A stretch of 24,205 nt of DNA from a virus (Duplodnaviria > Caudoviricetes): the IMG/VR virus record IMGVR_UViG_3300032320_000489, positions 1 to 24,205 of that record. One strand, given 5' to 3'. Every line of letters begins with the position of its first letter. Within the stretch, counting starts at the first letter, position 1. The position numbers and the translations under genes are program-made. This document shows, in pieces, positions 8,650 through 16,894 of this stretch. The notes beneath the pieces were generated by a model. The model was not told the DNA's origin. It saw nothing but the letters and a program-made list of their open reading frames with translations, and ran no database searches.

Positions 8650-8967
8650 GCGGGGACAATCGATACCACCTATTTCTCAACCGATCTTACAAATATGATC
8701 GGCGACCTATATACAGTTGTCACCGGGCTTGGCTCTTCTGCTGTATCTGCCTCTATTACCGACTTAACGATTGCACAAGAGCTAGATGTGGGTGGAGAGA
8801 TTTTGAGGGTTACGCAAAGCATGGTTGTGCCATCATCGGCTATTTCCTCGCCAGTAACTATCGGGGCTTATATAACAGTAGGAACGGCAGAGAGGATGAT
8901 TGCTGGCTTTCAACAAAGTGCGGATGGAGTTAGCTACACTATTGATATAGCTGACCCAACGACCTAA
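8647..8967 (+). CDS. Putative head closure / head-tail joining protein
   Basis: 106 aa, beta-rich pattern and size similar to lambda gpFII; first gene of the neck module. Confidence 0.5.
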   Translation: MAGTIDTTYFSTDLTNMIGDLYTVVTGLGSSAVSASITDLTIAQELDVGGEILRVTQSMVVPSSAISSPVTIGAYITVGTAERMIAGFQQSADGVSYTIDIADPTT

Positions 8968-9377
8968 TGATCTCAATCGAGCGTCAGATTGAGAATGGGC
9001 TAGCAACAGCCCTAGCGGGTATTTCTGGCGTCAATATCTATAAGAGCGATACCGAAGGCCAACGACTGCTACCCAACCTAGTAATTCAAGCCTCTATCGG
9101 GTCGGAGGAAATTATCCCCTATTCTGGCGTATTCCGTTGCCCTGCTACAATCACCTATGCAACTAGGGCAGACACAACCACAAGATCAACTTTCGATGTT
9201 AAGTTTCAAGAGATTCTGCAAGTAATGTATCAAGAACCTAATCTGGCTAGTGTTCTAACCACGGCCACGCTCAAAGTATTCTTGGCTAATGTATCATCAG
9301 AATCACCAGAAATTAGAGCAGATAATAGGACTTGGGCAAAAACGCTCTCCCTAGACATATCTTGCACTAGCGTATGA
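8967..9377 (+). CDS. Putative tail terminator protein, paralog 1
   Basis: 136 aa; size, position and helix-then-strands layout fit the gpU/gp17 class. TAATG coupling to the upstream gene. Confidence 0.5.
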   Translation: MISIERQIENGLATALAGISGVNIYKSDTEGQRLLPNLVIQASIGSEEIIPYSGVFRCPATITYATRADTTTRSTFDVKFQEILQVMYQEPNLASVLTTATLKVFLANVSSESPEIRADNRTWAKTLSLDISCTSV

Positions 9378-9862
9378 CATCACCCCAATTCAAGATAGAG
9401 AACGCACTGGCGGCCATCCTAATCCCAATTCCGGGGCTTAATGTGCTTGTTTCCAATAGGGTTGGGGCAAGGCTATTCCCCTATGTAACCATTCAAGCCT
9501 CGCTAGGCTCACAACAAATAATACCCTACTCTGGCGTATTTGAGATTGGGGTTAATATCGCATACTCTGATTCTGCTACAAGAACTAGCCAAGCCACATT
9601 TGATGAAACCTATTTCAATATATTCCAAAAACTTTATTCTGATAACGACACACTTGTTAGTAAGGTGCAAGATGAAGTGACTGATTTGAAGATATTTATG
9701 GGCAGAATCACATCTCAATCTCCCAGCATAAGGGCTAATAAAAGGGCTTGGCAAAGGGGCTTAACATTATCATTTATAGTAACCCCAGACCCTAATGCTG
9801 ATGGATTGAGGAGCTACAACTTCTCTGAAGCCCTAAACAGCTTCTACCTCGCCACGATTTAA
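9374..9862 (+). CDS. Putative tail terminator protein, paralog 2, with a C-terminal extension
   Basis: Alignable with 8967-9377 over its full length ('IQASLGSQQIIPYSGVF' vs 'IQASIGSEEIIPYSGVF'). Confidence 0.5.
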   Translation: MTSPQFKIENALAAILIPIPGLNVLVSNRVGARLFPYVTIQASLGSQQIIPYSGVFEIGVNIAYSDSATRTSQATFDETYFNIFQKLYSDNDTLVSKVQDEVTDLKIFMGRITSQSPSIRANKRAWQRGLTLSFIVTPDPNADGLRSYNFSEALNSFYLATI

Positions 9863-9877
9863 CAAGGAGATTGAGAT

Positions 9878-10942
9878 ATGGCACTATCCATTTTAGACGG
9901 CAACCAGTCGGCAACCACGCTTTCTACCATCGTAACAAGCGGCCAACATATCCCAGCCCATACTGTTGTTAGCCTTGGAACTCAAGCGATTACAAACATT
10001 AGTAGTGCAATAAGTGGTAGCACGGTCTGTGTTGGCAATCTCGGCCTCTTGCAATCTACTGTTGCAACTGAAGGACTTTCTGCATCTGGTAGTTTTATTA
10101 AAATTGGTGGGCATACTGGGACATCTACAACCGGGAATATAGTTCATGTTTCTTCTGTTGGGGCGTTGCGTGTCGATGGTTCTGTTTATACACAACCAGT
10201 ATCTATTGCGTCAGTTACAATCGGGAACACAGTCACAATCGCTGGAACAGTCACGGCTAATCCGACTGGAACACAGACGATTGCTGGCACGGTGACGGCG
10301 AATGTTATAGGGAAAAATCCTGTTGATGATTCTTTAATTCAAATACCTGTTGAAAGTTATCTAGATGCCTCATCGGTTTATGTAGTTCCTGTTGATCTTT
10401 ACAATCAAGCCGGAGCTATATATTCAGGAAATCCCCTTGCAGTAGGTGGCACAGTCACCATCGGCTCTGCTCTTCCCGCTGGCACAAACAGAATCGGAGT
10501 TGTTACGATTGGCGGTGGAACGGTAACTATCGGGGCAGGAACGGCACAGATAGGCTCAGTCACGGCATCCATCAGCGGCACGGTTCCTATCAGCATCTCC
10601 TCCGTCACGGTTGGCAATTCAGTGACCATCGGCTCGCTCCCTGCGATTAGTGGGACGGTCACGGCCAACCTTGCAATCTCTTCCTCGGCCATCACCTCGG
10701 GCAGTTTTACCTCACTCACATCAGCCACACTCGTCCCTGCCAACACGGCCCGCAAGATGGCAACCGTCTACAACCTTGGAGCAGGTCAGTTGTTTATAAA
10801 TGCAGGAGCAAGTGCAACCACGCTAGGCGGAGGATTTATGGTGGCTCTATCCAGCGGTGATTTCTACGAGTGCGACTACACCACCACTACGCTTTCCGCA
10901 ATCTTTGCCACCGCTGGAACTGCAAGTTGGGTCAGTCATTAA
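9878..10942 (+). CDS. Ser/Thr/Gly/Val-rich repetitive virion fibre or structural protein
   Basis: SD AAGGAG upstream; repeated 'VTIAGTVTAN / VTIG' units; small globular C-terminus 'LVPANTARKMATVYN'. Confidence 0.6.
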   Translation: MALSILDGNQSATTLSTIVTSGQHIPAHTVVSLGTQAITNISSAISGSTVCVGNLGLLQSTVATEGLSASGSFIKIGGHTGTSTTGNIVHVSSVGALRVDGSVYTQPVSIASVTIGNTVTIAGTVTANPTGTQTIAGTVTANVIGKNPVDDSLIQIPVESYLDASSVYVVPVDLYNQAGAIYSGNPLAVGGTVTIGSALPAGTNRIGVVTIGGGTVTIGAGTAQIGSVTASISGTVPISISSVTVGNSVTIGSLPAISGTVTANLAISSSAITSGSFTSLTSATLVPANTARKMATVYNLGAGQLFINAGASATTLGGGFMVALSSGDFYECDYTTTTLSAIFATAGTASWVSH

Positions 10943-10952
10943 GGAGTAGGCG

Positions 10953-11639
10953 ATGCCCCTCACAAGAGCTAAATCAAATTGGTATAATAATTTATCAGAT
11001 TTTGATTTGGTAGATGATTTTACGCAATCCACAATATCTAACATACTTTTACAAGATAATAGAAATGGAGCCTTTCAAACAAATCCCAGCACAACTGATG
11101 GAGCTGGCATATACAACACAGAAACACATACCGCAACAAATGGAGCAAGCGGTCTTTCTGGTGCAAACTCTTATGTTTTCTCGCAATTCTCACGCTTATC
11201 TTTTGCGGCCAATATGCGGATAGTTAATCTTGCTGATGGAACAAACTCATACAGAATTTTAATAGGATTTAATAGCAGTAATTCCGCAACTGATTCAGGG
11301 CTAACACGATCTGCTGGCTTGTATTACAGCAACGCAAATGCTAATTGGCAGGCAATAACCTATAACGCCTCGGTTGGGACAACAACCGATACTGGGATTG
11401 CGGCAGTTGCTGATGGGACATACCAAACCTTTTGCGTCAGAGCCAACGGAACATCATCTGTACAATTTCTTATTAACGGGGCGATTGTTGCAACACATAC
11501 TACCAACATACCATCGTCTACTGTAACTCCGTATGTCACGATTGCAAAATCAGCGGGAACTACAAGCCGAACCATTCGTTTAGATTATATTCGTTTTTCT
11601 GGTTCTGGAAATGCACGCACTTTGTTGGGGACTATTTAA
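10953..11639 (+). CDS. Beta-sandwich (ConA/lectin-like) virion protein, possible receptor-binding module
   Basis: SD AAGGAG; 'VQFLINGAIVATHTTNIP...IRLDYIRF' resembles the C-terminus of ConA-like folds; AT-richer than its neighbours. Confidence 0.5.
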   Translation: MPLTRAKSNWYNNLSDFDLVDDFTQSTISNILLQDNRNGAFQTNPSTTDGAGIYNTETHTATNGASGLSGANSYVFSQFSRLSFAANMRIVNLADGTNSYRILIGFNSSNSATDSGLTRSAGLYYSNANANWQAITYNASVGTTTDTGIAAVADGTYQTFCVRANGTSSVQFLINGAIVATHTTNIPSSTVTPYVTIAKSAGTTSRTIRLDYIRFSGSGNARTLLGTI

Positions 11640-11767
11640 TGCCCCTACTCCTCATCGCCCTCTTGCTCTCCTCCTGCTCGCCAAAGAAGCGTTCGGATAA
11701 CAACGCCCTGCCAAATTACGAAATGATGCAAGCCGCCGAGGACGCAGGGAAAGTAAAAAGTGAATGA
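11639..11767 (+). CDS. Small lipoprotein (42 aa; not in the ORF track)
   Basis: MPLLLIALLLSSCSPKKRSDNNALPNYEMMQAAEDAGKVKSE; hydrophobic stretch and LSSC lipobox; TAATG coupling upstream and ATGA coupling downstream. Confidence 0.65.
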   Translation: MPLLLIALLLSSCSPKKRSDNNALPNYEMMQAAEDAGKVKSE

Positions 11768-11919
11768 GTGCAACCGATGATAAGGATACCCCTAGCTGGC
11801 GGGATTTTATGGCAAGCCTCAAGTTCTTGGAGGCAGAGGGCTATATAGAGATATTTTATAACGATAAGGGTGAGCAGATGGTTCGGATTGCCCCCGGTGC
11901 AGAGCGAGCTACGCTATGA
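11764..11919 (+). CDS. Small hypothetical protein (51 aa; not in the ORF track)
   Basis: MSATDDKDTPSWRDFMASLKFLEAEGYIEIFYNDKGEQMVRIAPGAERATL; ATGA overlaps at both ends. Confidence 0.65.
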   Translation: MSATDDKDTPSWRDFMASLKFLEAEGYIEIFYNDKGEQMVRIAPGAERATL

Positions 11920-12191
11920 GTGCAGATCAAGTTGCAGAACTTCAAGAGCGTTTATCTACTGTCCGAGAGGCTATCGCAAGAATAGAAGAAAGACAGCAAA
12001 ATATAATCTCGGTTTTAGAGCGTCATACAAGCGAACTTGCTCAATGGACAAATAAAATTAACACTAAGGTAGACACCCTAGAGAGGGATGCTCACACCAT
12101 CAAAACAAAGCTATGGCTGGTTGCCCTAGTGTCGGGGGCAGTATTTTCTACAATCTGGGAACTCATAAAGGTGCGTGTGTTCCCACGATAA
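11916..12191 (+). CDS. Coiled-coil protein with a C-terminal transmembrane helix (XhlA/holin-like)
   Basis: Heptad-rich N-terminus; 'LWLVALVSGAVFSTIWELI' transmembrane segment. Confidence 0.55.
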   Translation: MSADQVAELQERLSTVREAIARIEERQQNIISVLERHTSELAQWTNKINTKVDTLERDAHTIKTKLWLVALVSGAVFSTIWELIKVRVFPR

Positions 12192-12192
12192 T

Positions 12193-12215
12193 TTGACACA
12201 AAGGAATATCAAATG
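12193..12215 (+). promoter_or_regulatory. TTGACA-N14-ATG element before the tail tube genes
   Basis: TTGACA at 12193-12198; ATG at 12213. Confidence 0.65.
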
Positions 12216-12569
12216 GCCGCTACAAGTATAGGACTTTCTACTGTCGCATTTGGATTAGCCGCTGAAACTGGCGTTGTTATTCAGAGCTTCTCGCTTACAC
12301 AGACAGCAGAAACAATCGAAGTTTCTAAGCACAATGGCACTCACTCTGCCGTTGCTTTTTCTGCTTTCAAGAGGAATGTTAGCCTTTCTGGTAACTGTAG
12401 TGGTGCTGTTGCCTCTTCTGGAATTGGTGGAACTCTTGCTCTAACTGGCAACACAACCGCAGTATCTAGCGGAACTTACTTTGTGACGGATGTTTCTTTC
12501 TCGCAAGCCGCCGATGGCTTTAACAGCTTTGACCTATCCGCAACAGCATACGATGGATTAAATACATAA
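12213..12569 (+). CDS. Putative tail tube (major tail) protein, paralog 1
   Basis: 118 aa, beta-rich; C-terminal 'GTYFVTDVSFSQAADGFNSFDLSAT' fits a tail tube fold; upstream of the chaperone. Confidence 0.6.
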   Translation: MAATSIGLSTVAFGLAAETGVVIQSFSLTQTAETIEVSKHNGTHSAVAFSAFKRNVSLSGNCSGAVASSGIGGTLALTGNTTAVSSGTYFVTDVSFSQAADGFNSFDLSATAYDGLNT

Positions 12570-12570
12570 T

Positions 12571-12924
12571 ATGGCCGCTACAATCATTGGAAATAGCACA
12601 GACCTAGCCTTCGGGATTGCCTCCGCACAAACTGGGATGGTGATTCAATCCATCTCATCCTCTGCCTCTGCTGATGCAGTTGAGCTAAAGAATAAGGGTG
12701 GGGATGTTACTGCGGTAGTGTTCCGCAACAAGAAAGTCACCTACTCGGTAGAGGGTGCATATACGACCTTTAGCGGAAGTGTCGGGGCAACGATCACTGT
12801 ATCCAACGGAAGCAACTACGATCTATCTGGTGCGGCCTATATTACCGAAACCGCTAGAAATCGTAGTGCAGATAACTTTGAGACGGTATCCTTCACGGCA
12901 GTTCGATATGATGGTATAAGTTAG
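12571..12924 (+). CDS. Putative tail tube protein, paralog 2
   Basis: 117 aa and collinear with paralog 1 (MAAT.IG.ST..AFG.A..TG.VIQS ... AD.F....F.A..YDG). Confidence 0.6.
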   Translation: MAATIIGNSTDLAFGIASAQTGMVIQSISSSASADAVELKNKGGDVTAVVFRNKKVTYSVEGAYTTFSGSVGATITVSNGSNYDLSGAAYITETARNRSADNFETVSFTAVRYDGIS

Positions 12925-12943
12925 TTTTAACCTAGAAATCCTT

Positions 12944-13330
12944 ATGCAAGAAAAAATCCTTTATACTCGAAACATCAAACTCGCCTCAACCCTTGCCACT
13001 TTTGGCATCCCATTCAGAGAGAAAGAGCCAATGGCCGTCATTGAGGACGCAGACGATGGCAATAGGCGAAGCGTTACATTCTTCTTTAGCGACCTTCCTA
13101 GTGGCCTTGGGGGTAAGATCGTGGATATGTGGGAAAAGGGCTGGTCAGCGATCACAAACCACGATGACCCCATAGCCTATTGCAGAGCCGTACTAGAGAA
13201 CCGAGAGCGTCTATTGGACGCTATGAACAATGCAACTCCCCTAATCAAAAAGCAGTTTGGAAAAGCAACTCTGCTAGTTAGCAAGAACGCATCCCCAGAA
13301 CTACGAAAGAAATTGAGTAAATACCTATGA
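12944..13330 (+). CDS. Hypothetical protein in the tail module
   Basis: 128-aa ORF preceded by GAAATCCTT; ATGA-coupled to the chaperone gene. Confidence 0.6.
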   Translation: MQEKILYTRNIKLASTLATFGIPFREKEPMAVIEDADDGNRRSVTFFFSDLPSGLGGKIVDMWEKGWSAITNHDDPIAYCRAVLENRERLLDAMNNATPLIKKQFGKATLLVSKNASPELRKKLSKYL

Positions 13331-13707
13331 ACCTAGACCTACAAAAAGATGAGGAGATTCTGAACAAATCCCTAGACAAATCATTCGTCATAAACGAGAG
13401 AATGTTTAAGGGAAGCAAGGTAGGGAAGTTCACCCTTGGGACACGAATCGTGATGAACCAGATTCGTGAGGAAGCAGACACAACAGAGTTTTTTATTTGG
13501 TCTAGCTTATATTGCCTAACTCACCCAAGATCGGAGCTAGTGAAGTTGGCTTGGGACAAGGCCAAGTTTAGGGAGGCAGTTTTGAATTGGTCTGATGAAT
13601 TTAATGAGGCCGATTTTATTGAAGGGGTAAAGATTGTGGACGAAATCTTCTCTGAAATTTCAGAGGCTCGTGTTCAGACTAATGGAGGGAACGACTCCCC
13701 AAAATAG
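13327..13707 (+). CDS. Tail assembly chaperone (lambda gpG-like)
   Basis: Acidic helical 126 aa, ending at the slippery sequence C CCA AAA TAG. Confidence 0.7.
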   Translation: MNLDLQKDEEILNKSLDKSFVINERMFKGSKVGKFTLGTRIVMNQIREEADTTEFFIWSSLYCLTHPRSELVKLAWDKAKFREAVLNWSDEFNEADFIEGVKIVDEIFSEISEARVQTNGGNDSPK

Positions 13708-13910
13708 TTCAGCCAGCCGGGATTGCTTCGTCCGTCTGGCTATTTGCAAAGGAGTTCGGCTGGACAGCAGAGCAAGTATTGTGGGAGATGGCAGAGGTGC
13801 AACTTGTTCAGCTAGAACACGCTATGCTTGTTAATCGTGGAATTGATGTTAGAAGGCACAACTCTAACGCAGTAAATATAATTGATGATATTCTTGACGA
13901 AAAACACTAG
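13698..13910 (+). CDS. -1 frameshift extension of the tail assembly chaperone (gpGT-like; not in the ORF track)
   Basis: Heptamer CCCAAAA at 13698-13704. The -1 frame is open to TAG 13910: PKIVQPAGIASSVWLFAKEFGWTAEQVLWEMAEVQLVQLEHAMLVNRGIDVRRHNSNAVNIIDDILDEKH. 'GWT.EQVLWEM' is typical of gpT-like segments. Confidence 0.75.
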   Translation, partial: PKIVQPAGIASSVWLFAKEFGWTAEQVLWEMAEVQLVQLEHAMLVNRGIDVRRHNSNAVNIIDDILDEKH

Positions 13911-13915
13911 GTATG
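13894..13915 (+). promoter_or_regulatory. Variant TTGACG-N13-ATG element
   Basis: TTGACG at 13894-13899; ATG at 13913. Confidence 0.4.
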
Positions 13916-14653
13916 TCTGTATCTATAAATCATCTTCTTTCTTTAGAATGGAAAACTTGGGCGGCTAAAAACAATCCACCAGACGCAATTCCAGTCAGCT
14001 TGTTTGCTTTTAGCGATCAAGTAACTACAAACAATAGAACGCTTTGGGACGGATTACCGGGTACTTATGCGTTTCCATCCTCTGCAAGCACTATGGGAAT
14101 CGCTAGCACGGTAACGGCTGATTCTGGTGGAATTATAGCAATTAGTGGTGTTGATTCAAGCTGGAATCCAATATCTGAAAATGTGACACTATCCACATCC
14201 CCAGTATCCACAACTAATTCCTACTATCGAATCAATGGTATGTCGATGATTGTTCCCGCGGTTGGGCAAGTGCATAATGATGGAACTATTACAGCCAAGG
14301 GCGGGGCAACAACTTACGCCCAAATCAACCCAAGCATCGGAGCTATGCAAGCTGGATTCTATTCAGTACCAAGCGGATATAGTCTTTATATTTATTCAGT
14401 TGATTGTTACAGCGGAGATATTGCCTCAAATAGCAAATACGCAACATTCAATGTGCAAGTTACAAATCACAATGCTGTAAGGCCAATGACCTTTGACTTG
14501 TTACAAAGCACATTTTCTAGTTCATTTAATGTGACTAGAATCATCCCACAAGTAAGAACACAGAAATCAGACATTGAATGGCAGTTTAAGGTTAGCCAAG
14601 GAACTCAATCTGTAAGCCTAATTGTTCAAGCGTATTTGATGATAAATAACTAG
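13913..14653 (+). CDS. Beta-rich putative virion protein
   Basis: 246 aa, Ser/Thr-rich; 'LWDG...YAFPSSA...ISGVDSSWNPISENVTL...YYRIN' resembles uncharacterised phage structural proteins. Confidence 0.55.
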   Translation: MSVSINHLLSLEWKTWAAKNNPPDAIPVSLFAFSDQVTTNNRTLWDGLPGTYAFPSSASTMGIASTVTADSGGIIAISGVDSSWNPISENVTLSTSPVSTTNSYYRINGMSMIVPAVGQVHNDGTITAKGGATTYAQINPSIGAMQAGFYSVPSGYSLYIYSVDCYSGDIASNSKYATFNVQVTNHNAVRPMTFDLLQSTFSSSFNVTRIIPQVRTQKSDIEWQFKVSQGTQSVSLIVQAYLMINN

Positions 14654-14661
14654 GTTATTAA

Positions 14662-15450
14662 ATGATAACCATAGAACTATTAAACCAAGCTAAATTTGTT
14701 CACAAGCTTCAGCAGTATCAGAAAGAAAGCCGTAAGAATATGGCTAAAGTAATTAATGATAAGCTTGGAGATGTCGCGGTAACAGCCATTGGCACAACAT
14801 ACAGAACCAATGCGGCTCAAATTGCATCGGAACTTCAACGAGTAGAAGGCAAGGTTGTGACCAAGAAAGTTTTTAAGCCATTCGGACTCACAAAATCTGG
14901 TAAGGTTAAGAAACGAAAGATTGGTGAATATGCTGTTGGGTATAAGGCAAAATCTGTAAGCTATGTTGGAACATATAAGCTTGTGAATTGGTTATTGAAA
15001 AACAGAGGGCTTCCCACGCTAGGAAAGACAAAGCTTGGAGTCGGCGGTCTTGGGATGGGAACAAAACTCGGAACGATTGGAGCATTGGCTAGGAGGCTTG
15101 TGGCTGGCAGAAAGCGATCTATTAATTATATTCGAAACGGGTGGGCGGCGGCGGCGGCTGTTTTCGGTAAAAGGGCTAATCTAACTCGTGGCGATTACAG
15201 CAAAGAAGCGATAATGAGGCTTGGTGGTGGGACTAAGGCAGATGAAAAACAAACACAGATGGAGGGAATTATTTTCAATCGGGCTGGCGATAAAGACACA
15301 AGATATTATCCAGTAAGGAAAAGGGCTGTTTCTGGTGCCGTAAGGGTTGGTATGCCGGGATTGAAAATGGCCATTGAAAAGGTAATGAAAGATATGAATG
15401 TTTATCTTGCTCGTAAGAACAAAGAAGCAAGTGACAAGCTGAAGTTATAA
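14662..15450 (+). CDS. Highly basic protein, possibly neck/tail completion (HK97 gp10 / lambda gpZ-like)
   Basis: Lys/Arg-rich, with N- and C-terminal helices; immediately upstream of the tape measure gene. The function is inferred. Confidence 0.4.
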   Translation: MITIELLNQAKFVHKLQQYQKESRKNMAKVINDKLGDVAVTAIGTTYRTNAAQIASELQRVEGKVVTKKVFKPFGLTKSGKVKKRKIGEYAVGYKAKSVSYVGTYKLVNWLLKNRGLPTLGKTKLGVGGLGMGTKLGTIGALARRLVAGRKRSINYIRNGWAAAAAVFGKRANLTRGDYSKEAIMRLGGGTKADEKQTQMEGIIFNRAGDKDTRYYPVRKRAVSGAVRVGMPGLKMAIEKVMKDMNVYLARKNKEASDKLKL

Positions 15451-15451
15451 T

Positions 15452-16888
15452 ATGGCAGATGCACAAGAGCTAATGCTCCGAGTCCGTGGGGATAATAGCG
15501 GAGTAGACAAAGCGATGGCCGGGACAACCAAGGCCATTGAAAAGTTAAAGGTTTCTGGTCAAAAGGCTGGTCAAGCATTTAGGAGTTTCAGCAGTAGCCT
15601 TTCACAAGCTAGAGACGCAAGCGATGTGGCCGCCTCTGCCGCAGAAAGCCTTGGAAGTATTGTTGGAAGGTCTCTAGTTGGGGCTGTTGCAGTTGGAGGG
15701 GTAAAGGTATTTACAGATCAAATCACAAAAATGGGGGAGATGTTGAGGGAGACATCTGCCATTTCGCAAAAGGCATTTAACGACATAGAAAAGGCTGGCG
15801 GGGCAATAAACCTATCTGAAGCACTATCACAAGTTTCTGGGATTGATGCAAACATTGAATCTCTTAATAACAAAATTCAAGAACTAGAAAGAAATTCGTT
15901 TCAAAAATTTATTGCCGGTGCAACTGGGGCAAAAACAGAGCTTGATGGACTATTAAAAACAAACGAAAAGTTGCGGGACTTAAAGCTTGCCGAGGGAATT
16001 ATTAGTCAGAATTTATATGAAGAAACAGTAGATGGTTTAGATGCAGAGGCAAGGGCGTTGCAGGATGTAAATAACGAGTATGTTAAAAGACAAAAATTGG
16101 GTCAGACCATTCAAGACCCACAAGCAAGCAAGCAATTCCAAGAGGCAAGTGGAGAGGTAATGGCAAGAAAAAGAAATGCCATATTAAACAAGATTGCAAA
16201 AGATCGGGCTGAATCTGATATAAAATTTAGAAAAATGGTTTTTGATGCAGAAGAGAAGCTCCAAAAGGCTTCTGATGAAAGAAGAAAAAAATCAGAACAA
16301 GAAATTACAGAACGAAGAATATCAAATACAAATAGTATCCTGCGAGAGGAAATGTATAACATAGACGAAACAAGCCGCCTCGAAGAAGCCAAAGACAAAA
16401 GAGACTTCGACAGATTGTTAAGGAACTTATACAGAAGCAGAGCCGAGGAGAAAAAAAGACCCGAGCAAGCACGAGAAGCTGGCGGTGGTCTATTGGGTGC
16501 AAGCAGGGCTGGGCAACAAGCCCTTGATACAGCAAGGAAAGTAAGGGCTAGAGAGGTTAGTAAAGAAGATTTTAGAACTCAAGAAAAAGTATTTGAAGAA
16601 ATGGCAAACAAAGAAAATGCCGCAAGGAAAAAAAGAAGTTTGCTTGGTGGCCCGATGGAGGGGAAGGTGAATGCACAAGATATGAGGAACAAAGTTGCCT
16701 CCCAACAAGCCGCAGGGGAAATGCCCTTACTATCTGAAAAACTTGGGGCGATGCAAGGCGGGACACCAGCAAGTCAGATCGCCGCAGAACAAGCAAAGGG
16801 TGGGGGTGGAAAAGATGTGCAAGATCAGCTTCTGAAAGCCATTGAAGCACTTGCAAAAAAACTGCCAGCCGCAGTAGCAACTGGATAA
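15452..16888 (+). CDS. Tape measure protein (short, 478 aa)
   Basis: The N-terminus 'ELMLRVRGDNSGVDKAM' is typical of tape measure proteins; long Ala/Gln/Glu/Lys helical sequence; downstream of the chaperone. Confidence 0.7.
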   Translation: MADAQELMLRVRGDNSGVDKAMAGTTKAIEKLKVSGQKAGQAFRSFSSSLSQARDASDVAASAAESLGSIVGRSLVGAVAVGGVKVFTDQITKMGEMLRETSAISQKAFNDIEKAGGAINLSEALSQVSGIDANIESLNNKIQELERNSFQKFIAGATGAKTELDGLLKTNEKLRDLKLAEGIISQNLYEETVDGLDAEARALQDVNNEYVKRQKLGQTIQDPQASKQFQEASGEVMARKRNAILNKIAKDRAESDIKFRKMVFDAEEKLQKASDERRKKSEQEITERRISNTNSILREEMYNIDETSRLEEAKDKRDFDRLLRNLYRSRAEEKKRPEQAREAGGGLLGASRAGQQALDTARKVRAREVSKEDFRTQEKVFEEMANKENAARKKRSLLGGPMEGKVNAQDMRNKVASQQAAGEMPLLSEKLGAMQGGTPASQIAAEQAKGGGGKDVQDQLLKAIEALAKKLPAAVATG

Positions 16889-16894
16889 AAATAT

